32,000 nt of DNA, taken from positions 1-32,000 of the forward strand of contig CAZMGA010000005.1 of NCBI GenBank assembly GCA_964565725.1, given 5' to 3'. Under the pieces are notes generated by a model. The model made no database searches and was not told the origin of the DNA. It saw only the letters and a program-made list of their open reading frames with translations. This stretch comes from an uncultured archaeon (GTDB lineage: Archaea > Iainarchaeota > Iainarchaeia > Iainarchaeales > 0-14-0-20-30-16). Shown here piece after piece: positions 24,243 to 32,000 of this stretch. The stretch's first letter is position 1. Every line of letters begins with the position of its first letter. The position numbers and the translations under genes were made by a program.

Positions 24243-25871
24243 ATGTTAAGTGAAAATTCAAAACAAATTATTGAAAATATTGTAATTAAGTATAGACAAA
24301 ATTTTAAACAAGAGCAAGATGCAAAAAAAATATTTTCTGTAGCTATGGGCTCAGAAGCAAAACAAGAAATAATTAAAGATATAAAAGCTTCTCAAAATGA
24401 AATAGAAAATATAGTCAAAAATATTAATTCCTGGTCTGAGTCTAAAATAGAAAATGAATTTATTGCTCGAAATTTAGAAGAAAAAAAAGAAAAAGTAAAA
24501 AAAACTTTAGTGTTTCCTAAAATGGAAAATATAATTGAAAATAAAGTAAAAACAACATATCCACCAGAACCTTCTAAGTATCCTCATATAGGACACGCAT
24601 ATGCTTGTGTGATAAATTATAGATTTGCAAAAGAACATAATGGTAAGTTTGTAATTAGATTTGAAGATACAAATCCTAAATTAGCAAAAAAAGAATATTA
24701 TGATATTCAATTACAAGGTTATAACTGGTTAGGAATAACTCTTGATGAAATAATTTATGCGTCTGATTATATGGATTTATTATATAAAAAAGCAGAAGAA
24801 TTAATTAATAAAGAAAAAGCATATGTTTGTTTATGTAATTCAGATGATGTTAGAAATAAAAGACAAAAAAAAGAATCATGTACTTGTTCTAATAATACAA
24901 AAGACAAAAATTTAGAATTATGGAATAAATTATTAAACAAAGAATTTAAAGAAGGAGAAGCATCTTTAAGATTAGTTGGAAATATGTCTAGTCCACAAGC
25001 TGAGTTTCGTGATCCAATACTATTAAGAATTTCTTATTTGGAACATGCTCGTACTAAAAATAAATATCACTTATGGCCATCATATATTTTTCAAAACACT
25101 ATTTTAGATTGTGAATTTGGTATAACACATAGATTTAGAAGTAAAGAATTTGAAGTTTGGAAACCTGTGCAAAAATATTTAGCAAAATTATTAAATTATA
25201 ATTATCCTGAAGTATTTGAATTTGCAAGAGTTAATTTAGTTAATGGTATAGCATCAGGTAGAAAGTTAAGAGAAACAATTGAACAAGGAAATATGAATTG
25301 GGATGACCCTAGCTTAACTACTTTAGTTGCATTAAAGAAAAGAGGATTTTTACCAGAATCAATAATTGAATTTATTGATAAAATGGGTATATCAAAAACA
25401 GAAAGTACAATAGAATGGAGTGTTTTAGATTCTATAAATAGAAAATTATTGGCACAAAAAAATATTGTAAAAATAGCATCTTTTTATAATCCTATAAAAG
25501 TAAAGTTAATTGATGAAAACAAAATTTTAGATAAAGATTTAAAAGAAGTTTTTATAGATTCAAAAACAGAATTAAATAAAGAATTTAAATTAAGAAATAT
25601 AGGAAATGTTGTTTTTAATGGAGAATTATTAAATGTTGTAGGCAATGAACAAAAAAAAGGTTTGAATATGTTGCCTTTTGCTTTAGATGTAGAAGAAATA
25701 AAAGTAATAATGCCTTATGATTTAAAAGATCCTGATAGAGAAAAAGTTTTGTATATCGATTCCAAAGCATATTTTAATTTAAAGGAAAATGATGTAGTTA
25801 TATTAGAAGGATTTTCATACTGTAGATTAGATAATAAAGATAAAAATATTTTTATTTTTAGTCATGAGTGA
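24243..25871 (+). CDS. gltX: glutamyl-tRNA synthetase, archaeal/GlxRS type (start moved to ATG 24243)
   Basis: PSKYPHIGHAY (HIGH) motif, FEDTNP, and WDDPSLTTLVALKKRGF. AGGAGTGAT SD lies 5 nt before ATG 24243. The ORF-track GTG start sits inside that SD. Confidence 0.9.
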   Translation: MLSENSKQIIENIVIKYRQNFKQEQDAKKIFSVAMGSEAKQEIIKDIKASQNEIENIVKNINSWSESKIENEFIARNLEEKKEKVKKTLVFPKMENIIENKVKTTYPPEPSKYPHIGHAYACVINYRFAKEHNGKFVIRFEDTNPKLAKKEYYDIQLQGYNWLGITLDEIIYASDYMDLLYKKAEELINKEKAYVCLCNSDDVRNKRQKKESCTCSNNTKDKNLELWNKLLNKEFKEGEASLRLVGNMSSPQAEFRDPILLRISYLEHARTKNKYHLWPSYIFQNTILDCEFGITHRFRSKEFEVWKPVQKYLAKLLNYNYPEVFEFARVNLVNGIASGRKLRETIEQGNMNWDDPSLTTLVALKKRGFLPESIIEFIDKMGISKTESTIEWSVLDSINRKLLAQKNIVKIASFYNPIKVKLIDENKILDKDLKEVFIDSKTELNKEFKLRNIGNVVFNGELLNVVGNEQKKGLNMLPFALDVEEIKVIMPYDLKDPDREKVLYIDSKAYFNLKENDVVILEGFSYCRLDNKDKNIFIFSHE

Positions 25872-26451
25872 TTTGATGTATTCAGGATCAATTTTTTATT
25901 TAGTACATTTTCCAGTTGGTTTTTTTAGTATTTCTGATGAAAATAATAGATATTCAGCAAAAAATTATAGTGCACATATAAAAAAAATTTTAAGATTAAT
26001 AAAATTTTCTCAACAAAAAGGTATACCAATAGTTTTAGAAATTGCTAATGGTAAAGTAGGTGAATTTCAATTGGAATTATTACAAAGATTTTGTGAAAAA
26101 TATAATTTGAATGATAATATTTTTAAAAGAATTAATGAATTTGATGTAGTATCTAATAATTTTAAAAAAGCTTTTGAAGAAATAAGAATAATTCCTGAAA
26201 AAGTTTTTGTTGCGGGTTGGACAAAAGAAAGGTGTGTTTTAAGATCTCTTTTAGGATTAAGAAAATATAGTTCAAATTTAGATTTGACATTATTAAAAGG
26301 TAATTTTACGTTGGCGTCTAAAAATTTTAAAGGTTATTCTTCTTTAGAAAAAAATTATTTAAAAAGATTTTTGAGAGAACAAAATGTTAAAAAATCTGTT
26401 CTTGCTAAAAAAATAACTTTAAAAAAACCTTTAAGGCACAATCCTATGTAA
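25864..26451 (+). CDS. hypothetical protein, weak isochorismatase/cysteine-hydrolase-like resemblance
   Basis: KVFVAGWTKERCVLRSL resembles the conserved Cys strand of isochorismatase-like hydrolases. 8-nt overlap with gltX. Confidence 0.4.
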   Translation: MSDLMYSGSIFYLVHFPVGFFSISDENNRYSAKNYSAHIKKILRLIKFSQQKGIPIVLEIANGKVGEFQLELLQRFCEKYNLNDNIFKRINEFDVVSNNFKKAFEEIRIIPEKVFVAGWTKERCVLRSLLGLRKYSSNLDLTLLKGNFTLASKNFKGYSSLEKNYLKRFLREQNVKKSVLAKKITLKKPLRHNPM

Positions 26452-26470
26452 TAATATTAAAATTTTTTAA

Positions 26471-27373
26471 TTATAATATTTTTTTTCTTTTTAAAATCAA
26501 TACAAAGATTGTTATTAATATTACTGTGAGAATTAATACAAAAATATATGTAAAAGGATTATTTTGTAAAGGTAAATAAACATTCATGCCGTAAAATCCT
26601 GATATTGCAGTAGGTATACTAATAAATATAGTAAATATTGTTAATATGGTAATTGTTTTATTTAATCTATTTGATAATAACAAATTTTGATAATTTCTTA
26701 AATTTGAAATTGTTTTTAATGAATTAGTACAAATATTCAAAGCTTCTTCTAAATCTATAATTAAATCATCAATTAAATCTTGATCTTTATCATAAAATTT
26801 AATTTTTTTAATAAGTTTATTATATAAATGTAAAGTGTAAGTATAAGTAGATACTAATGAGTTTAAAATTTCTTCATTTTCTAATAATGATTCTATATCT
26901 TTATCTTTAAGATTTTTTGTACTAACTTTTTTATTATTTAAATTTTTCATAATTTTTGCAACTAAATTTTCAAAATGAGAATTATTTAAATTTAATAATT
27001 CTAATATGGCTTTCTTTTTTTGAGTTGTAATAAAATTTTTCTTTTTTAATATTTCTGTAATAAGTTTATTATTTTCTTTTGAAAATGTTAAAATAAATGT
27101 ATCTGTTAATGCAATTAGTAAAGTTATATTCTCATTATTATTGTTTAATGTTTTAATATAAATATAATCTATGTTATTTTCAAAATCATGTCTAGGTAAT
27201 TCATTTTCATCTAAACCCTCTTCTAGTAATTCATAGTTTAAATTAAATTCTTTAGATAAATATTTTAGTTCATTAACATTAGGATTTATGATATTAATCC
27301 AACAACCTTTTTCAAATTTAGATAAAGTTTTTAATTCATTATCTTTAATTCTTTGTAAATAATACTCTATCAT
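26471..27373 (-). CDS. corA: CorA-family magnesium/cobalt transporter
   Basis: C-terminal two-helix domain with the signature GFYGMNV (GMN) motif. Confidence 0.85.
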   Translation of the reverse strand: MIEYYLQRIKDNELKTLSKFEKGCWINIINPNVNELKYLSKEFNLNYELLEEGLDENELPRHDFENNIDYIYIKTLNNNNENITLLIALTDTFILTFSKENNKLITEILKKKNFITTQKKKAILELLNLNNSHFENLVAKIMKNLNNKKVSTKNLKDKDIESLLENEEILNSLVSTYTYTLHLYNKLIKKIKFYDKDQDLIDDLIIDLEEALNICTNSLKTISNLRNYQNLLLSNRLNKTITILTIFTIFISIPTAISGFYGMNVYLPLQNNPFTYIFVLILTVILITIFVLILKRKKIL

Positions 27374-27428
27374 AAAAAACCCTTAGAAAATTAGATTTTA
27401 TATAACAAGATATAAAATATTTATATGT

Positions 27429-28313
27429 TTATCTTTTTTTTGTTTGTTTTCTTACTACGTCTTCAAAAAAAGATTTTGGATTTGAATAATTTTTTTCTAA
27501 CAAATCTAAATATTTTGCACCAAATTTTTTAAATAATCGTGCTAATTGTAAAAGATGTTTTGGGAGCCAAGCTCCATTAGGGTCTAAAATAACGTTTTTG
27601 ATATTTTCTGAAATATTATATGTTTCTAAATGTTCTCTAACATAATCGTAAATTGTTTTTTCACGATAATTTATTCTATCTATTTTTTCTTCTACTCTTG
27701 CTCTACCAATTGCTTTTTTTATTTTATTTATTAAATTTAAAACACTATTAATAGTTATTAAATTATCATTTTTTAAGAAATTTTTAATTTCATTAATTAC
27801 TAAATTTTTTCCAAATTCATTTAATGATTCAAAATATTTTTTAAAATCAATTATTGCACTATGATTTCCTAATATTCGTTCCATTTTGCCAATAAAATGT
27901 GTAAATTGACTATTAAAATCATTTGTTTTTAATAAATCTGATAACATAGTTATTTTTAGTGAATGATTATTAAAATATAATTTCCACAATTTAACGTTAA
28001 AATTAAACCCATGTTTATTTATTAAACTTAATAATGTTTTTTCAACGAATTTTATAACGGGGTCATTAGGATCAATTTTATTTTGTGAAAATAAATCTAG
28101 TAATTCTTTTAGATTATTTACTTTTTTATTAGAAATTTCAAAATAAACTTTTAATTCTTCTGGTTTTGGTCCACCATTAGAATATAACTCTTTTAAATTA
28201 TCTCTTAATGTTCTTGCTCTTTGAGGAATATTTTCATATTTTCTAAATGGATTGTTTGTTATTCTTCTAACTTTTTTTGTAATAGTTCTTTTTAATTTAT
28301 TCATAATTATCAT
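27429..28313 (-). CDS. hypothetical helical protein co-transcribed with serS
   Basis: ORF track. ATG overlaps the serS stop (TAATG). No recognisable domain. Confidence 0.5.
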   Translation of the reverse strand: MIIMNKLKRTITKKVRRITNNPFRKYENIPQRARTLRDNLKELYSNGGPKPEELKVYFEISNKKVNNLKELLDLFSQNKIDPNDPVIKFVEKTLLSLINKHGFNFNVKLWKLYFNNHSLKITMLSDLLKTNDFNSQFTHFIGKMERILGNHSAIIDFKKYFESLNEFGKNLVINEIKNFLKNDNLITINSVLNLINKIKKAIGRARVEEKIDRINYREKTIYDYVREHLETYNISENIKNVILDPNGAWLPKHLLQLARLFKKFGAKYLDLLEKNYSNPKSFFEDVVRKQTKKR

Positions 28314-29635
28314 TATATTTCTTTGAATCCAGTATAATTTTGTAATACTTTTGGTATTTGAATTTTTCCATTTACATCTTGAAAGTTTTCAATTATTGCT
28401 GTTAATATTCTTGGACTTGCTACAGCAGTACAATTTAAAGAATGTAAAATTTTTTTCTCGCCTTTTTCTTCATATTTTATATTTAAACTACGTGTTTGAT
28501 AGTCTGTAGTAATTGATCCTGAATTTAATTCTCTAAAAGTGCCTTGAACAGGCATCCAAGCTTCTAAATCTATTTTTTTTGCAGCTGTGTTATTTAAATC
28601 ACCAGAACAAATATTTATTAGTCTATATGGGATTTCTAGTTCTTTTATAATCTCTTCAGCATTTTCAATCATATCATTATGAATTTTTTCAGAATCTTCT
28701 GCTAAGCAAAATATATATTGTTCTACTTTATCAAATTGATGAACTCTAAATATTCCTCTAGTATCTTTTGATCTACTACCAGCTTCTTTTCTAAAACAAC
28801 TAGATATGCCTACATATTTTAAAGGCAATTTATCTTTAGGAATTATTTCATCCATATGATATGAAGCTAAAGTTTGTTCTGCTGTTGCAATTAAAAATTC
28901 ATCTTCAGTTGTTTTATACAAAGTTTCTTCAAAATCATTAAGTTCTGCTGCTTTTTCCATTGTTTCTTTATTAATCATAAAAGGAGTATACAAAAAATTG
29001 TATCCTTTTTTAATTAGTTTATCTATTGCAAATCTTAATAAAGATAAATGTAAAATTGCAAATTTATTTTTTAAATAATATTGTCTTGCTCCTGAAACTT
29101 TTGTAGCTCTTTCTAAATCAAACAAATCTTTTTCTATACCTAAATCAACATGACTTTTGGGTTCATAATCTAATATTTCATAATCCATTTTGTTATTAGA
29201 TAATTTTTTTAAATTATCTAAATGTTGTTTTTGTACTTTGGCTTTTCCAAAGGTTTTTATTACTACATTTTCTTCTTCACTTAAACCAAAAGGGACATCA
29301 TGCCATAATATATTACCTACTTTTTTTATTTCTAAATCTCTTTTTTCCAAATATTCTTTTTCTTTTATTTCTAAATCTTTAATTTCTTCATCTATAGTAA
29401 TGCTTTTCATTTTTAATTCTTCAATAGATTCTTTATTTATAGCTTTTATTCCTATTTCTTTAGATATCTTGTTTTTTTCTGCTCTTTTTGTTTCTTTATT
29501 TAATTTTGATTCTCTCCATAATTCATCATACTTTTTAACATTTTCTGCGAACTCTAAATTATGGTTTCTTTTCTTTTCACTTTCTAAAATTTTATTAAAA
29601 TCGTTATCATTTCTAAATAAATTAATATCTAACAC
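28313..29635 (-). CDS. serS: seryl-tRNA synthetase
   Basis: N-terminal coiled-coil arm. Class II motif 2 FRKEAGS...GIFRVHQFDKVE. C-terminal LNCTAVASPRILTAIIENFQ. Confidence 0.9.
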   Translation of the reverse strand: MLDINLFRNDNDFNKILESEKKRNHNLEFAENVKKYDELWRESKLNKETKRAEKNKISKEIGIKAINKESIEELKMKSITIDEEIKDLEIKEKEYLEKRDLEIKKVGNILWHDVPFGLSEEENVVIKTFGKAKVQKQHLDNLKKLSNNKMDYEILDYEPKSHVDLGIEKDLFDLERATKVSGARQYYLKNKFAILHLSLLRFAIDKLIKKGYNFLYTPFMINKETMEKAAELNDFEETLYKTTEDEFLIATAEQTLASYHMDEIIPKDKLPLKYVGISSCFRKEAGSRSKDTRGIFRVHQFDKVEQYIFCLAEDSEKIHNDMIENAEEIIKELEIPYRLINICSGDLNNTAAKKIDLEAWMPVQGTFRELNSGSITTDYQTRSLNIKYEEKGEKKILHSLNCTAVASPRILTAIIENFQDVNGKIQIPKVLQNYTGFKEI

Positions 29636-29752
29636 AATATCACCTATTAAATATAATACTATAGTTTATTTTAAAATAATATCTTAAAATAAAGTAAAAT
29701 ATATAAATAATTAGGACTATTACTATGTATTTTGTAATCCTGAGGTGATTAA

Positions 29753-29932
29753 TTGAGTTTTTTAAAAGATGATAAAGCACAAATATCTGTAGAAATGATA
29801 ATTGTTTTAGCTGCTTTATTAGCTGTTGCTATAGTATTAATTACTAAATTATCTAGTACTAGTAAACAAGCCTCTGAAAAGATTGATGATAAAACTAATG
29901 ATTTAATGGAGCAAATAGATGATATTAATTAA
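29753..29932 (+). CDS. 59-aa class III signal peptide (archaeal type IV pilin-like) protein, TTG start (not in ORF track)
   Basis: My translation is (M)SFLKDDKAQISVEMIIVLAALLAVAIVLITKLSSTSKQASEKIDDKTNDLMEQIDDIN. GAGGTGAT SD lies 5 nt upstream of the TTG. The KAQ/ISVE plus hydrophobic helix is the Epd-like prepilin pattern. Confidence 0.6.
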   Translation: MSFLKDDKAQISVEMIIVLAALLAVAIVLITKLSSTSKQASEKIDDKTNDLMEQIDDIN

Positions 29933-30320
29933 AAAAGGGCAAATATCTTTAGAATTTTTAATAGTTGTTTTGGCAATGGTTTCAATTTTAATTATATTTA
30001 TGCCTGTATTTGTTAAATTAATGAATGCTTTACTATTAACAATTGATACTTATAATGCTTCAAAGTATTTACAAGAATTTCAAACAAATGTAAATACTTT
30101 AAATACATTAGATTCAGGTTCTAGTTTTAAATTTGAATTAGATTTTATAAAAACAGCAAAACTAATTTGTCATAATAATATTATAAAAATTGAATTAAAT
30201 CATAAAAATAATAAAATATTAGAACGGGAATTAAGTTTAAATTGTGATTTTGATTTAGAAATTAATAAAAAAATTTCTTTTTTAATTACAAAAAGTGAAG
30301 AATATATTGTTTTAAATTAG
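29919..30320 (+). CDS. class III signal peptide (archaeal type IV pilin-like) protein
   Basis: MILIKKGQISLEFLIVVLAMVSILIIF shows the KKGQ/ISLEF cleavage-site pattern followed by a hydrophobic helix. 14-nt overlap with the preceding pilin-like ORF. Confidence 0.65.
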   Translation: MILIKKGQISLEFLIVVLAMVSILIIFMPVFVKLMNALLLTIDTYNASKYLQEFQTNVNTLNTLDSGSSFKFELDFIKTAKLICHNNIIKIELNHKNNKILERELSLNCDFDLEINKKISFLITKSEEYIVLN

Positions 30321-31108
30321 CTATATCCTTCGTAATTTTTTAATTGCTTATAGAAAAATCTTCTAAATGTAATTACACAAATTAAAGCATATATTCCTAA
30401 TAATATCGTTAATATAATGCTCCAAAATAAATTTACTTTATTTAAAAATATTAATGCAGGAACAAATAAACATACTAAAGTTGGAGGAAATAAAAAAGAT
30501 ATTAAAATAAAATAAGGTCTGGTTAATATTTGCATAGGATATTCAGAAAATCTTTGTTGAATAACTCTATATAACCAAGAAGCATCATTAACATCCCCAT
30601 ATTTAAAACTTAATAAGTGTATTGATGAATTAATAAATAAAAAAGATATTAATCCAAAAATATATGCTATTAAACCCAATATAAATGATATTATTGTTAA
30701 ATTTATACTTAATATAAAAAACATAATAATTACAAATATAAAACTTATAATAAAGAATATTAAATTATGATAATTAATTTCCCAAAATGTAAATAATGTA
30801 ATTGTGTCTTTTGGTTTTATTAAATAAATATTTAATTCGCCCGATGTTACTAAATAACCATAATTTTTTAATCCCAAAGTATATAATAATTCAAAAGGTA
30901 TTTGATTTATAAAAAATAAAAACATAATTTCATTAAAATTCCATCCTACTATGGTTTCAGTAAATCCAAATATTGTTTTAAAAAATACAAATACAATTAA
31001 ATAATAACCCATTTGTAATACAAAATATATTAAACTATCTTTATTGAATTCTTTTATAGCTCTAAATTTAGATAACATTATTTTTTTAATTAAATTCCAA
31101 TAAGACAT
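30317..31108 (-). CDS. ABC-2 type transporter permease
   Basis: Six-helix hydrophobic profile. Paired with a similar permease and preceded by an ATPase C-terminus. Confidence 0.65.
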   Translation of the reverse strand: MSYWNLIKKIMLSKFRAIKEFNKDSLIYFVLQMGYYLIVFVFFKTIFGFTETIVGWNFNEIMFLFFINQIPFELLYTLGLKNYGYLVTSGELNIYLIKPKDTITLFTFWEINYHNLIFFIISFIFVIIMFFILSINLTIISFILGLIAYIFGLISFLFINSSIHLLSFKYGDVNDASWLYRVIQQRFSEYPMQILTRPYFILISFLFPPTLVCLFVPALIFLNKVNLFWSIILTILLGIYALICVITFRRFFYKQLKNYEGYS

Positions 31109-31885
31109 TTAACCACCATAACCATCATATTTTTTTAAGCCTTTTTTTTCTAAAAACTTTGCTAATGCGTAAAATATAATTATCCAAAGTATATATTGTA
31201 AAACAATCCAAATGTTTGGAACTAATTGTCCTAAATATATTTTTGCAGGAGTATAAACCATTAAATTAAAAGGTAATATTAAAAATATTTTTTGAACTAT
31301 TTCAGGAAATAAATCTAATGGCAAAAATCTACCTGCTGAAAAATTTATAATCATACCTATTAAAGATATAACTCCAAAGTTTTTTCCTAACCAAAAACTA
31401 GAGAATTGCAATGCGACTACTAAAAAACTCATTATTATAATTCCTAAAATATAAAATAATATTCCTAACAATGAAATTGGTCCTATAAATATTAAACCAG
31501 CCATTATCACAAAAAACAGTATAAATATTAATGGAATTAAATATTTTGAAAAAATATTATAAAAATAATTTTGTGTTAAGCTTAATGGCCTTGTTAATCT
31601 ATTTGCTATTTGTCCATAATATACTTCTTCAAATATACTCCATTGATCTCCAACTCCATAAAACAAACCCCATACAAAAAAATAATATAAATAAATTTCT
31701 TTTGATGAATAAATAAATAAAGGACTTTGAGATATAATACTCATTAAGAATATTACTGGAATAAAATCTAATATTGGTGAAAGAATGTATGCAATTCTTC
31801 TAAATGGATATGCATTTAAATCTTGCCAATAAAATTTTAATGTACTTAAAAAATATTTTAAATTAAATTTATTTAACATATCCAT
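31109..31885 (-). CDS. ABC-2 type transporter permease (ATG 31885; the ORF track uses TTG 31888)
   Basis: Polytopic membrane profile. Stop abuts the start of the next permease. Confidence 0.65.
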   Translation of the reverse strand: MDMLNKFNLKYFLSTLKFYWQDLNAYPFRRIAYILSPILDFIPVIFLMSIISQSPLFIYSSKEIYLYYFFVWGLFYGVGDQWSIFEEVYYGQIANRLTRPLSLTQNYFYNIFSKYLIPLIFILFFVIMAGLIFIGPISLLGILFYILGIIIMSFLVVALQFSSFWLGKNFGVISLIGMIINFSAGRFLPLDLFPEIVQKIFLILPFNLMVYTPAKIYLGQLVPNIWIVLQYILWIIIFYALAKFLEKKGLKKYDGYGG

Positions 31886-32000
31886 CAACGTATATTTTTT
31901 TTACAATTTCTTTTAGATTTGGTTCTTCAATTTTTAAATCAAATACTTCATAACAGTTTAATAGCTCTTTTGTTATTAAATCAATTCTTATTGCTGGTGA
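31869..32000 (-). CDS. C-terminal end of probable ABC transporter ATPase (partial)
   Basis: My translation is ...SPAIRIDLITKELLNCYEVFDLKIEEPNLKEIVKKIYVDGYVK*. It overlaps the start of the first permease. Called mainly from context. Confidence 0.4.
   Translation of the reverse strand, partial: SPAIRIDLITKELLNCYEVFDLKIEEPNLKEIVKKIYVDGYVK

Noticed and set aside
24243-24560. About 100-aa region before the HIGH motif of GluRS considered as a novel N-terminal extension
   Set aside because: Archaeal GlxRS-type GluRS enzymes normally carry an N-terminal helical region of about 90-100 aa, and the total length (about 540 aa) is typical.
29190-29687. 165-aa plus-strand ORF
   Set aside because: Antisense to serS, whose class II motifs are unambiguous. 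The same applies to 31531-31716, antisense to the ABC-2 permease.
1-32000. Alternative genetic code (TAG or TGA reassigned), prompted by the in-frame TAG at 3882 and TGA at 1879
   Set aside because: TAA, TAG and TGA each terminate several motif-verified genes at the expected C-termini (TGA: tdk, PAN, gltX; TAG: trm5, the methylase and 17266-17922). Stop/start overlaps (ATGA, TAATG, GTGA) also behave normally.
1-32000. Bacterial (CPR) origin, suggested by AT-richness, SD usage, SLT, DedA and CorA
   Set aside because: PAN, diphthine synthase, deoxyhypusine synthase, Trm5, the Nre-like protein, archaeal-type GluRS, QISxE class III signal peptides and TATA-box promoters on RNA genes all point to an archaeon.

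Overview
Gene-dense, strongly AT-rich window that is almost certainly from a small-genome (DPANN-like) archaeon. Archaeal markers: proteasome-activating nucleotidase (PAN), diphthine synthase, deoxyhypusine synthase, Trm5, an NreA-like protein, a KH-less beta-CASP RNase (aCPSF2 type), archaeal-type GluRS, class III (archaeal pilin) signal peptides, and TTTATAAA TATA boxes combined with GGTGA-type Shine-Dalgarno sites. All three stop codons terminate genes, so the code is standard. Most of the window is housekeeping: tdk, gpmA, ferredoxin, TatD, SerRS, GluRS, CorA, DedA and an ABC-2 transporter. Features absent from the ORF track: a short stand-alone 5S rRNA (11264-11372, minus) under a spurious ORF, tRNA-Glu(UUC) (22344-22415, minus), a 42-aa very basic eL41-like ORF, a 59-aa TTG-initiated pilin-like ORF, a 35-aa membrane ORF, and the 5' part of deoxyhypusine synthase. 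I found no CRISPR array, transposase, integrase or canonical defence system, and I cannot name one clearly novel system. The best candidates for new biology are listed here. (1) A tightly coupled exported PLD / endonuclease IV-like / transglutaminase-like module next to a roughly 30% tyrosine secreted protein. (2) A bacterial-type lytic transglycosylase operon in an archaeon. (3) A DenV-like repair gene cut by an in-frame TAG. (4) A lysine-rich protein built from near-perfect 63-bp tandem repeats. (5) A two-gene class III signal peptide pilin locus. (6) A DNA-methylase-like gene coupled to trm5 with no nuclease partner. Functional calls rest on motif recognition by eye, not on database searches.
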